DNA of 58,138 nt, filler included, from Sphacelaria rigidula (taxonomy: Eukaryota), in NCBI GenBank assembly GCA_964200075.2. It is 7 parts of 7 records of this genome, joined end to end, with 100 filler letters (N's around TTAATTAATTAA, not from the genome) between each part and the next. Parts side by side here need not be neighbours in the genome. Positions count along the whole stretch, not along the records: positions 1 to 8,220 come from CAXNAA020011869.1; positions 8,321 to 16,540 come from CAXNAA020011870.1; 5 more parts are not named here. The stretch is one strand, 5' to 3'. Below the pieces are notes generated by a model. That model did not search any database. It worked only from the letters and a program-made list of their open reading frames with translations, and was not told the origin of the DNA. Position 1 is the first letter of the stretch. Each line of letters opens with the position of its first letter. The position numbers and the translations under genes are program-made. Positions 1-9,556 of the stretch are shown here, piece by piece.

Positions 1-47
1 CAGACAAAATTTCGCGAAAAAGGTGCACCCCTACCGTAGCATTGCTC
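1..47. mobile_element. Terminal fragment of the same MITE family
   Basis: GTGCACCCCTACCGTAGCATTGCTC matches the TIR. Confidence 0.8.
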
Positions 48-49
48 TT

Positions 50-535
50 TAGGAATTTCTCGCCTACTGCACTTCGATAGAACTCGAAAGTGCTAGCGTC
101 GGTAGACTTTGGTATAATTAGCAGATCCTTTGCAGAAAACAGTGCCCAAGTTAGTGTTACTTGGTTTTATCGGGTGATACGAATAGATACCCCGTTTATC
201 AGGAGGGTGTTATTGAACGTGAAACACGATTTTTCGGCTCTTGTGCAATGAGTAGGTAGAGTTGAAGAAAACAATCGTTTCCTTTCTTCACAATGACGAT
301 TGGAATAACCTCGATATATCGAAAATACCGAAGAGTCAAAATCTGGGCTAAAAAATGGCAGGACCCCCGATGACCTGTCAGTCTGTAAGTCACTCAATAT
401 TGGTAACTGAGGATTTGTTTTTCTTGGAATGTGGAGCGGATACGAGTATCTTCGGACCCCGAATGTGATTAGCGATGGCAAGTCGCCAACTACGAAGAAA
501 ATTCAAAATGAGTAGTTCAGACGCTAACTACTATA
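50..535. repeat. Dispersed repeat family A (inverted copy at ~18835-19370)
   Basis: Colinear reverse-complement similarity, e.g. TGCTAGCGTCGGTAGA, CAGGAGGGTGTTATTG, TTCTTGGAATGTGGAGCGGATAC. Confidence 0.85.
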
Positions 536-980
536 CTACTTGTCCGTGTTGGTACAAAGAAGACACGTGCAAGGCTGTGTAACGCGTGGGATGCAACAAC
601 CGTACATACGCAAGGAACAAGTGAGACCCAATCAGTCTCAAAAGGAACAGTTCGATGTGGGTACGAATTGTTCGGAACGATAAATAGACGGCGCTGAGAC
701 TGCAGTTGTGCAGTAAAGAGCGCTGGAGTAAATCAAATGTGTCGGTTCACGACTCTTGGATACGGTACAGTTCTGTATAAAGAAGAGACTGGATTCGTTT
801 TTGAGGTTCAACATTTGGGTGAGGTTCAACTCGAAAACAGTGATTTCCCCGACCTAAAGTCATGACTAATGAATTTCATATGGACGACCTCGTGCCCCTC
901 GACCTCCTTGAAACTATTTTGGGGGTTGCCTGTCTCCCGTGCCCCCACAGCGTATATAACAGCCTGGATTCGTTTTGAGG

Positions 981-1776
981 TTCAACATTTAATTGAGGTT
1001 CAACGGGCCAACGAAATTTTCATTTATTTTGTTCAAAAGGCTCGGGATTCGCAACCGGTTGCGACCATATGCCATTAACCAAGAAGTTTCTGCACGGCAG
1101 CGAAAGCATGGTGATGAGCCGTCTAACAAATAAACGCCGCCATTCATTGTCCTGCATCTTTTGAGCAACCCCTGCGTCTAAGCGCTACAGAACACGTAAC
1201 AAAGCATGCTGAAAACGTACTTCTTTGGAATAGTCATCGAGTTTTCGTGCGCCTCTTGTTGAGTATCTGAGAGAGACTTCATACTGTTGCGCCGGCGACG
1301 ACCGCCGTCAGCGAAACGATCCAATACGGGGACAGACGCCGGCGAACTTTGAAACGCAGCATCACTCAGCAGTCTGCTGAGATATACCATCACCACAGTA
1401 CAGCATCACTACAGTACAGTCGATAAAATGGATGCCCCAAAATAGAGCTGCAGACACACACGACGGGGGTAAGGGTTAGTCCCACGCTTGGGATTGTTTC
1501 GCCAGTAGTGCCCATACGAGGCGCTTCACCCAGTCTGAACCAGCTACCACGCATTCTATGACCACCTCCGCCGTGGCTGTATTGAGAACAGATTTGGCGG
1601 TGAGGCTGTCGAACACTACTACTGTAGTGCAACGCGCTTGCGACATCCGAGCCGTTTCTTTCAATTTAGAACCCGCATCAGCTGTGGTTTGGATATCCCT
1701 CCTGACGGTCCCAACCGGGGTCTGATCCAGGGGCGGAAAGTGATGGCACCCTCCCCCTCAGATAGGATTTATGACC
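981..1776. repeat. Dispersed repeat family B with coding-like minus strand
   Basis: Colinear with 8321-9130; GAGGTTCAAC motifs repeated at 801-830 and 976-1005. Confidence 0.88.
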
Positions 1777-2232
1777 ATCGACTGTAGTGTGAGCACAAGG
1801 CTACGAAAACGTGTCTGTTGACGTGCTGTGCGTCGTTGTTCTTATGATGTACAGCGAGATGTGTAGGGAAAAACCCAGTGTCTTACACAGTAAGTGAGTA
1901 CAGTGCAAGGTTGTACGGGGGCTGTGCTGCAGACACACAAGAACAAAGGTATCCTACGTGCTGCACTACGTTGTTGTCAAATATACAACACAGTATGGGG
2001 TGAAGATCGCCGGTAGAAGCGCAGGGTGTCCGTACTGCCGGGGAATACAGTAGAGTGGTTTACAGGGTCTGTACTGTCTGTAGACGAAAAAATACAAACG
2101 TGCGTCTGTCCTACGTGCTGTACTAGAAGTAGCGGGGGCAAAATAACCGACTGTGTAGTGACACGCGTCTGGAAAAGCCAGGTGTGTCAATCACATTTGG
2201 ATACAGTATGAAAATGACCGTATAGTGTGAGT

Positions 2233-2501
2233 TGTGACGGAATAACGCCGTTACGTTAAGTTGGTAGTGATGATCTGGATAATGACCGGGGGCACGGGGA
2301 CTGCGGCGGATTCTGGAAGGATTCTGGATAATGACCAGGGACACGGGGATGATACCCTGACGGGTCTATGAGGCTGTGCTTGCAAGGGCACTCCGGGTAA
2401 TGAAATGTTGTACAGAGTGGCAACTGAAACTGAGGCCAGAGAGACTGGGGAATCCCTCAAGCAGCTGTGATCCAGCAGTTCTTCTTCTGGCTGGCGTCAC
2501 A
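2233..2501 (+). repeat. 5' LTR of the Gypsy element
   Basis: Inverted termini TGTGACG...CGTCACA; the first ~100 bp match 8055-8150. The 3' boundary is inferred only from the inverted terminus. Confidence 0.7.
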
Positions 2502-2639
2502 ATATCGATATTAGTGCTAGTACCTAACGGAACCTGTTGGAAGAATTTCGGCGAAAGAGTCTGAAAGCTGGGGACAATCTGATTCATCACGGACGCGTGG
2601 AGGGGATTCAAACTGAGTTCACTGCTGAAGGGCGGCTGG

Positions 2640-5600
2640 CCTGTGATTGACCCAGACTGGAGACTTGCTGAAGCTGCGTGCAGCGGGAATTTGGAGGCTC
2701 CTACGACTGTGCGGTGCGGCGACGGAAGAAGGGTGGAGTGTGCAATTTGCGATCGTCCGCTGGCCTGTGAAAGGTTCGCAGTTACCCGGCTGCTGCTATG
2801 GCTACCGACTCGCGTGCTGCCTTCGGCGTGACGCCCGTGGTTATGCGGGAAGAGTTGCGACCTCTCCAATACGGTTAAAGGTACCCCAAGAGTGCATCTC
2901 GCACTTTCTACACCAAGTACTCGGAGCACAAGAGGCGTGTAGGGCACGCTAACGCAGGGGGTGCTGTGCGACATCTCGTGGTGTCGATGGCTCAACAAAT
3001 GCCAACGTATGTGCAGAGGTTGTTTGCTCATGTAGAACTTGATGAGAGAACAATCACCCCACGGCAATGGGTTGCGGCGATCAAAAAGCATGCCGGGCAT
3101 GCGACGGGCGCCGGGGTGGAGATGTCCCAAGCGTCCGCGGCTGTGGCGAAAGCTGTAGCCATGGAGCTTAGGGGAAAGACGGTACGGCAGCGGATGGAGC
3201 CAATCTTGTAAAATCTGGTTGAGTACCCGACAGGAAATCCGAAGGTTGAACTAGTTTACCGTTCCCCCGATGGTGAGTTCATTCTCGGCCCGGCTGCAGT
3301 ATTTACGAAGGCTTTGGTGGAGGAGTTGGCACCGGCAACATTCAAGCAAGCCGTGCTCGTCACGTTGCAGCACGAGATTAATTGTAAGGCTTACTCATAC
3401 CTTCTAATGGACACCATCGTGGCCGAGGTCAAGGATTGGCGGAAGATAGACGTGTTCGGCCAGTCGTCCATCTCCTCGCTGAAGTCTTTGTGCCCCCACG
3501 ACTCGAAATCGGTCGGCCGCGCCGCGACCATCACTTGCAACCGCTTAAGTCAGGTCGGCCGTTACGCGCGCGACTACCCGATGTCTTTCGATGGGGAGTT
3601 TGAGCAGTCTTATGCCGCGCGCCATCAGCATCGTCAGCACAATGGCAAAGGCAGCAGCAGCAGCAGCAGTAGCAGTAGGGGCAGCGGCGTCAGCATGGGT
3701 CCGGGTCCGGGTCCGGCGCAGCCGTAGGTGCTGCTGCTCCGCGACGGGCGGTGCACCTGGGACCGACTTCTACAGTGGCGAACACCGCGCCGGTGCCGGT
3801 GGTGGCGCCGGTGGCGACGCCGGCAGCAGGGCCAGGCGCGACGCCTGCTGATGCGCTGGTCGGAGGTTTGCCAAATTCTTGGTCTGCTGGCTGGGGATCG
3901 TACCCGCCGACGGTGCCGTTTGAACCTGCCGGGGTGTCTTCGCCTGCGCAGCTTGCGCAGCTTGCGCAGCTGTGGCGTCAAGTGGGATTAGCGGCGCATC
4001 GGTCGGCGGAAAAAATTCTCGTGGAGCTTGCCGACAAGTACGTTCCTGCGGAGCTGTGTCTTCCAAATCCACGGGAGGAGCGATGCTACGGTAGGGGTGC
4101 ACTTTTTGCGCGAAATCTTGTCTGGTTCAGGGGCCCCTGACGATTCTAGATGCACAAGCATTTGGATCAGGGCATCCCCGCTTGCGAAATCATTCGGGAT
4201 ATTCCTACCACATTGAAAGAGTAATCCTGGCGTACTCTCTCATACTTTATATGTCGTGGTTTGGATGAGATGAAAGGGCTCCGAACAATTCTAACCTCAG
4301 AAAATATTTGTGCACCCCTGCCGTAGCATCAATCGGAGCGTGGAGCCATTGCGGTTTGGGCTATGTTGGATCCTGGCGCCCACTTCACGAGTCTGTCGGT
4401 GCAGATTGCAAAGATGTTGAAGCGTCTTCTCCCGGGTGTGCCGCTGCGCATTCCGTTTTCGCTCGGGGCGCGGCAGGCCGTCAGCTCGTCGGGTCAGCAT
4501 GTTTCTGTCACGGAGCGTACTGTTCCGCTGCAGCTGGCTTTCACGACTTCTTGGGGGCCGGCGTCATTGCCTCCGATTTCGTTTGCGATCATGCCGGGGT
4601 CGGATGGCGTCATTTTTCTGGGGTTGCCGACGCTTCAGGATCTTGTGGGACTCCATGAAGACGCGGGTGTCTTCGCCTGGTCCGCGCGTGGAGACTCCCG
4701 CCTTTTTGGGCAGTCGTCGCGTGAGCTGGTCGGTGGATGCTTTTCAGGAGGCTCGGGGGCAGGTGACCGAGGAGTGGGATGAGGCGGTCGAACGCTTGGT
4801 GGAGCGCGGCCCGGAGATGTTCATGGATCCGGCGGAAAAGAAGTGCTCTTGGCAGGTCGCGCTGGAGGAGAGCCTAAGGGATACTGTAGCGAAAGGCCTC
4901 GGCGTCTCAAAAGCGGAGCGCCTGCGCGGCATCTTGCATCGCCACATCAACGCGTTTTGTCGTGCGCTGCAGGGCGACCCCCCCCACGCCAGTGGAGCCC
5001 ACGCGTGTTCAGCTAAAACCTGGGGCGTCCGCGGTGAAGATGAAGCCGCGGCGGAACGATCCGGTGAAGTCGAGTTGGTTGGCGTCGTGCATGGCGGCTT
5101 TTTTGGCGTTCGGGTTGGTGTTCCGGAACTTGGAGGCGGTGTGGTCCAGCCCGGCTATGGCCGTTTCGAAGAAGGTCTCGTTCCGCCTGGTAAGCGACTA
5201 CAAGACCGTGAATGAAGAGGTTGAGAAATCGTCGGGTGTGATGCCCAACCACGAGTCCGACATGCGTGGTCTGTCGAGTGCTTGTTTTTTTGGCAAGTTG
5301 GACCTCCTCGAAGGTTACCTGCAGATGCCGCTGGCGGAAGAGGCGCAAGATATTTTCACAATCACGACTCCGTTTGGCTTGTTTATCCCGAAGCGAGTGC
5401 CGTAAGGCGTGCTGAATGCCACGGCATATTTTCAAGGTATCATAACAGCACGCCTCGTCGGCTTAAATTGCAAGATATGGGTGGATGGTGCTTTTTTTTC
5501 GCGGACACGGAAGACGAAATTTTAGACACGCTTGATGCTATCTTGGCTCGTTTAGAGAGTGTTGGTTTGTTTGCGACTGCGCACAAGTGTACCTTTTCGC

Positions 5601-7962
5601 CAGTGAACCCGTGCGGTGTGGGAAAGTGTACTCGCACGGATGCGTATCTCATGACCCTGTCAGTTTGCAAGGCTTGTCTGACATGCGGCGCCCGGAGACG
5701 GCCGCAGAACTCATGAATTTCCTTCAGGCCGAGAATTGGCTGCGTACTTCGTTGCCGCGTCTGGCAGGAATCGTAGCTCCCTCGCGTTGTTTTCTCGAAG
5801 AACTCATGGCGGGTGCTGCGAGGCGGACGAAACGTGTGGCAATAAACCGCGCTATTCCGCCTGCATCGTAGACGGAGGGCAGGCTGCAGGCGTGGGCGGT
5901 AGCGAAGGATCTGGAGGCTCATGCCGTGACGCTTTTCCATCCTCGTCCTGATTGCCAGGTGTTGATGTTTCCGGATGCATCTGAGTGCCATGGGGCTTGC
6001 TTTGTCACGTAGGTGCCTGAAGTTGAAATACAACGACGCTTGCCGGTCAAGGATATGACGCATGGACCGCTGGTTTTCCTCATTGGTGGTTTCAAGGGTT
6101 CAAACTTGCGTTGGGTCACAATTGACAAGGAAGGTTTCGCTATTGTAAGCACGTTTCGTCGTTTGGAGCATCTTTTGTGGGATGGCGTGCACACTTTCAC
6201 GGATCACCGAAATCTCGTGTATATTTTCAACCCGGAAGCGTGCGTTACGTCTGTGTCGAGGGCGCTGGCACAACGTTTGGGGGTCGGAAAGGTGTTCTTG
6301 GCCAGTATCGTTACTCGATATGCCACTTTTCGGGTGACCGTAACGTGCGGGGTGACTTGCTTTCGCGTTGGGTGAACATACCGGCTTTGCCTGTGCACGC
6401 TGTGGCTGTGCATGGTCCGTGTGAACCTGATGACTCGATGCCGTCCAAATCTGTTATCCGCCAAGCGCAACAGAAAGACCTTGGGGCCGAAGATGCGGAT
6501 GTGCAATCTTTCGAGCCGGACGTTGACACTGCTATCTTGGATAATGAAGGTCTGTTTCGGGTGCATGTGCGTGGCCGAAATGTTTCGTGGATTTCGAGTT
6601 ATGACAAGCAGTTGCACGTACGTCTGATGATTTGCGCGCACATGCACGACACCGGGCATCGTGGTGTGGCTGCGACACTCGTGCGCTTGCGAGCGATTTG
6701 TGATTGGCAGGGGATGGAAACTCATGTGCGCGAGTTTGTCCGCCATTGTCTTCACTGTGCTGACTCGAGGGCGGGCGATGTTGTTCCCCGCCCGCTCGGT
6801 GAAACGGTCCATGGGACCATACCGAATGAAGTCGTTCATTCTGATTTCTTGTACGTGGGCAAGAGTGGCCCGCTAGCTTCCCCAGGTTTGTCGGAGGATG
6901 CCGGGTTTCGATACATATTGGTAATCTTGAATGATTTGAGCAACTTCGTGTCTCCGGAGCCAGTAGCAGTGTGTACTGCTGAACGGGCTGCTGAATCTTT
7001 GCTAAATTCGCGCAAAACGTTGGACTGCCACGTGTGTGGGTGAGTGATACCGCCACGTATTTCAAGAATGTGATCTTGGCCCGATTGCGAGAGGCTGTGC
7101 ACGTTGATCAACAGTGTGCGGTGGCGTATTCTTCGTGTCTAACGGCACGTGCGAAGGCATGGCCAAGCAAGTTACTTCGTGCTCTTCGGTCTATTCTTCT
7201 CGAGCAGCGTAGAGCGATATCCGAGTGGATGGACGTGTTGCCTGTGGTGCAATGGGCGCTCAATACAGCGTATCGTCGTCGTTACGATAGTACGCCGGAC
7301 CATGTTTGGCCGTGCTCCTCGGACGTTTTTCTCGGTGTTTGAGTCTTCGTCGGCGGGGAATGGAATTGTGATGTCTTGGATGATGGTTAAATTAAGCTTA
7401 CATTGCAAGGAGTCTTGGACTTGCAAGAACGTTTTCACGTTCAAGTGTAGGAACGTGTTGCCGCTAAACGTGCGCGTAGACGTGAGGGGTCCTCGTCGGG
7501 GCTGGAACTGCCGAATTTTGAGGTAGGCAACTATGTCCACGCGTGCGTCGTCCGGGTGTTACGCCCGAGTCGATGGCGACGTGGACTGGTCCGTGGAGAG
7601 CGGTTGGTGTTCACCACCCGCACGTGGATGAGACCCAGAACATTGTTTCGGGTCATGTTCAGACCGCCCAAGTAGCTCGTTTACGTTTTTATGCAGACTC
7701 GCAGATGAATGTTACGGCTGACGTTAACGACGTGCTCCAGCACGCTTTCAATCAGGGGTAATTTCAGGTGGCTGGTATCGTCCGAGTGGCAGAAACAGAC
7801 GATTGTTCGTTGATCGTGTTGGTCGACTGGATTAGTTTCGAAGTTGAGGAGCGTACGTGGGAGCCTTGCATGGATATTTTTGAGGCCGCTCCGGAATTTC
7901 TCATGAAGGTGTTGCGTAAGTTGCGCATGACTCGTGCCGTCGCTGCTCGCATCACGCGTTAG
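2640..7962 (+). pseudogene. Disrupted gag-pol polyprotein
   Basis: Protease WAMLDPGA..IFLGLPTL (~4340-4640). RT FRLVSDYKTVN, KLDLLEGYLQMPL, WVDG (~5000-5700). RNase H FPDASE, KEGFAIV, TDHRNL, NVRGDLLSR (~5960-6370). Integrase H-H-C-C, VHSDFLYV, VSDTATYF (~6620-7300). Chromodomain VDWISFEVEERTWEP (~7770-7960). The gag start is approximate. Confidence 0.9.
4078..4334. mobile_element. 257-bp MITE (Sola-like) with 4-bp TSD GGAG, inserted in the Gypsy ORF
   Basis: TIRs GAGCGATGCTACGGTAGGGGTGCAC / GTGCACCCCTGCCGTAGCATCAATC; GGAG at 4074-4077 and 4335-4338. Confidence 0.88.
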
Positions 7963-8054
7963 TTTGGTATTCACTTGTGACTTGTTCATCGTTTTGGCGT
8001 TTTCTATGTGCCAAGCTTGTTGCTCGATTTTCATCCAACGCGCTTCGGGGGTGC

Positions 8055-8150
8055 TGAGACGAAATTACGCCCTTCCGTTGAGTTGGTAGTGATGATCTGG
8101 ATAAACCGGGTACGGGGATTCTGGGAGGATTCTGGGAGGATTCTGGATAA
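8055..8150 (+). repeat. 3' LTR, truncated by another repeat
   Basis: TGAGACGAAATTACGCC...AGTTGGTAGTGATGATCTGGATAA matches the 5' LTR start with several substitutions. Confidence 0.8.
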
Positions 8151-8220
8151 AACAGCCAATCATCTATGTTGAGGATGGTGCTTTTGATTGAGGATGAGAA
8201 CCCGGAGGATTAAAATCTTC
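8151..8220. repeat. End of a young repeat that breaks the assembly (second copy at 54261-54333)
   Basis: AACAGCCRATCATCTATGTTGAGGATGGTG...GATTAAAATCTTC is near-identical at both sites, and each copy runs into Ns. Confidence 0.85.
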
Positions 8221-8320
8221 NNNNNNNNNNNNNNNNNNNNNNNNNNNNNNNNNNNNNNNNNNNNTTAATTAATTAANNNNNNNNNNNNNNNNNNNNNNNN
8301 NNNNNNNNNNNNNNNNNNNN
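8221..8320. other. Artificial contig linker N44-TTAATTAATTAA-N44 (also 16541-16640, 24861-24960, 33181-33280, 41501-41600, 49820-49919)
   Basis: Identical 100-bp structure six times; the core gives stop codons in all six frames. Confidence 0.97.
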
Positions 8321-9130
8321 TTCAACATTTTCATAAGGTTTAACGGACCATCGAAATTCCATTCACTTTGTTCAAAAGGCTCTGGAGTCGCAAGCGCTTT
8401 CGACCATGTGCCCCTAACCCAGACGTTTCTGCACTGGAGCGAAAGCATGATGGTGTGCAGTCCAACGGAAAAGCCGCCCTCATTCATTGTTCTGCATCTA
8501 TCGAGCAACCCTTGCGTCTAAGCGCTGCGGAACACGTAGCAAAGCATGCTGAAAACATACTTCTTTGGACTAGTCATCGAGTTTTCCAGCGCCTCTTGTT
8601 GTGTACCTGAGAGAGACTTCACACTGTTGCGCCGGCGACGACCGCCGTCAGCGAAACGATCCAATGCGGCGGCGGACGCCAACGATCTTCGAAACGCAGC
8701 GTCATTCAGCAGTCTGCTGAGATATACCATCACCACAGCACAACATCACCACAGTACAGTGGTCAGTTGGATCAAATGGGTGCCCCACGATAAAACTGCA
8801 GACACACACAACGGGGGTAAGGGTTAGTCCGACGCCTGGGGTTGTTTCGCCAGTAGTACTCATGTGAGGCGCTTCATCTAGCCTGAACCAGCTATCACGC
8901 CTTGCATGGCCACCTCCGCCGTGGCTGTGTTGAGAACCGGTTTCGCGGTGGAGCTGTTGAACAACACTGCTGTTGTAGTGCAACGCGCTTTAAAAATTCA
9001 AGCCGTTTGTTTTTATTTGAAAAGCCGCGGCAGCTCTAGTTTGAATATCCCTTCAGGCGGTCCCAAACGGGCGCTGATGCAGCGACGAAAAGCACTGGCA
9101 CCGTCATCATGAGATGGGATTTGAGACAAC
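8321..9130. repeat. Dispersed repeat family B, second copy
   Basis: Same orientation as 981-1776; the minus-strand translations are near-identical (MVMVYLSRLL.DAAF...KKYVFSMLCYVF). Confidence 0.88.
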
Positions 9131-9556
9131 TGTGGGGGTATATGGTGAACATCGCTCGGAATGAAATATGTAGAACAGTATTCAGGGGTATCGTAGGTAC
9201 ATGTTCCCCTGTTCAAAACCGAAATTTCCTTGCTTGAACACTTTACATCTGTTCAATAATGAACGACTGCTTTCCAAGAGAACAACCCGTTGTTTCCGGA
9301 CTTCTCCCGGGGTCCAATTCTAACGCTGAGGTTGTCTCAAATCCCATCTCAGGATGACGGTGCCAGCGCTTTCCGTCGCTGCATCAGCACCCGTTTGGGA
9401 CCGTCTGAAGGGATATTCAAAGTAGAGCTGCCATGGCTTTTAATTTAAAAAGAAACGGCTCGAAGGTTTGAAGCGCGTTGCACTACAACGGTAGTGTTGT
9501 TCAACAGCTCCACGGCGAAACCGGTTCTCAACACAGCCACGGCGGAGGTGGCCATG
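8905..9556. repeat. Inverted repeat: 226-bp arms (8905-9130, 9331-9556) with a 200-bp spacer
   Basis: CATGGCCACCTCCGCC...TTGAGACAAC mirrored by GTTGTCTCAA...GGCGGAGGTGGCCATG. Confidence 0.92.

Larger units (their letters stand above)
2233..8150 (+). mobile_element. Degenerate Ty3/Gypsy LTR retrotransposon (chromovirus type)
   Basis: 5' LTR, then domain order gag-PR-RT-RNaseH-IN-chromodomain, a G-rich tract near 8047-8051 and the start of a 3' LTR. Many stops and frameshifts. Confidence 0.93.

Noticed and set aside
1130..1180. Possible Ulp1 protease catalytic motif in repeat family B
   Set aside because: Careful translation gives no Q..N..DCG motif in any single frame.
9357..9391. Hammerhead-like string on the minus strand (GGTG CTGATGC AGCGACG GAAA GCGC TG GCACC)
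   Set aside because: The core deviates (CUGAUGC, no NUH cleavage triplet) and it is not conserved in the copy near 1720-1750.
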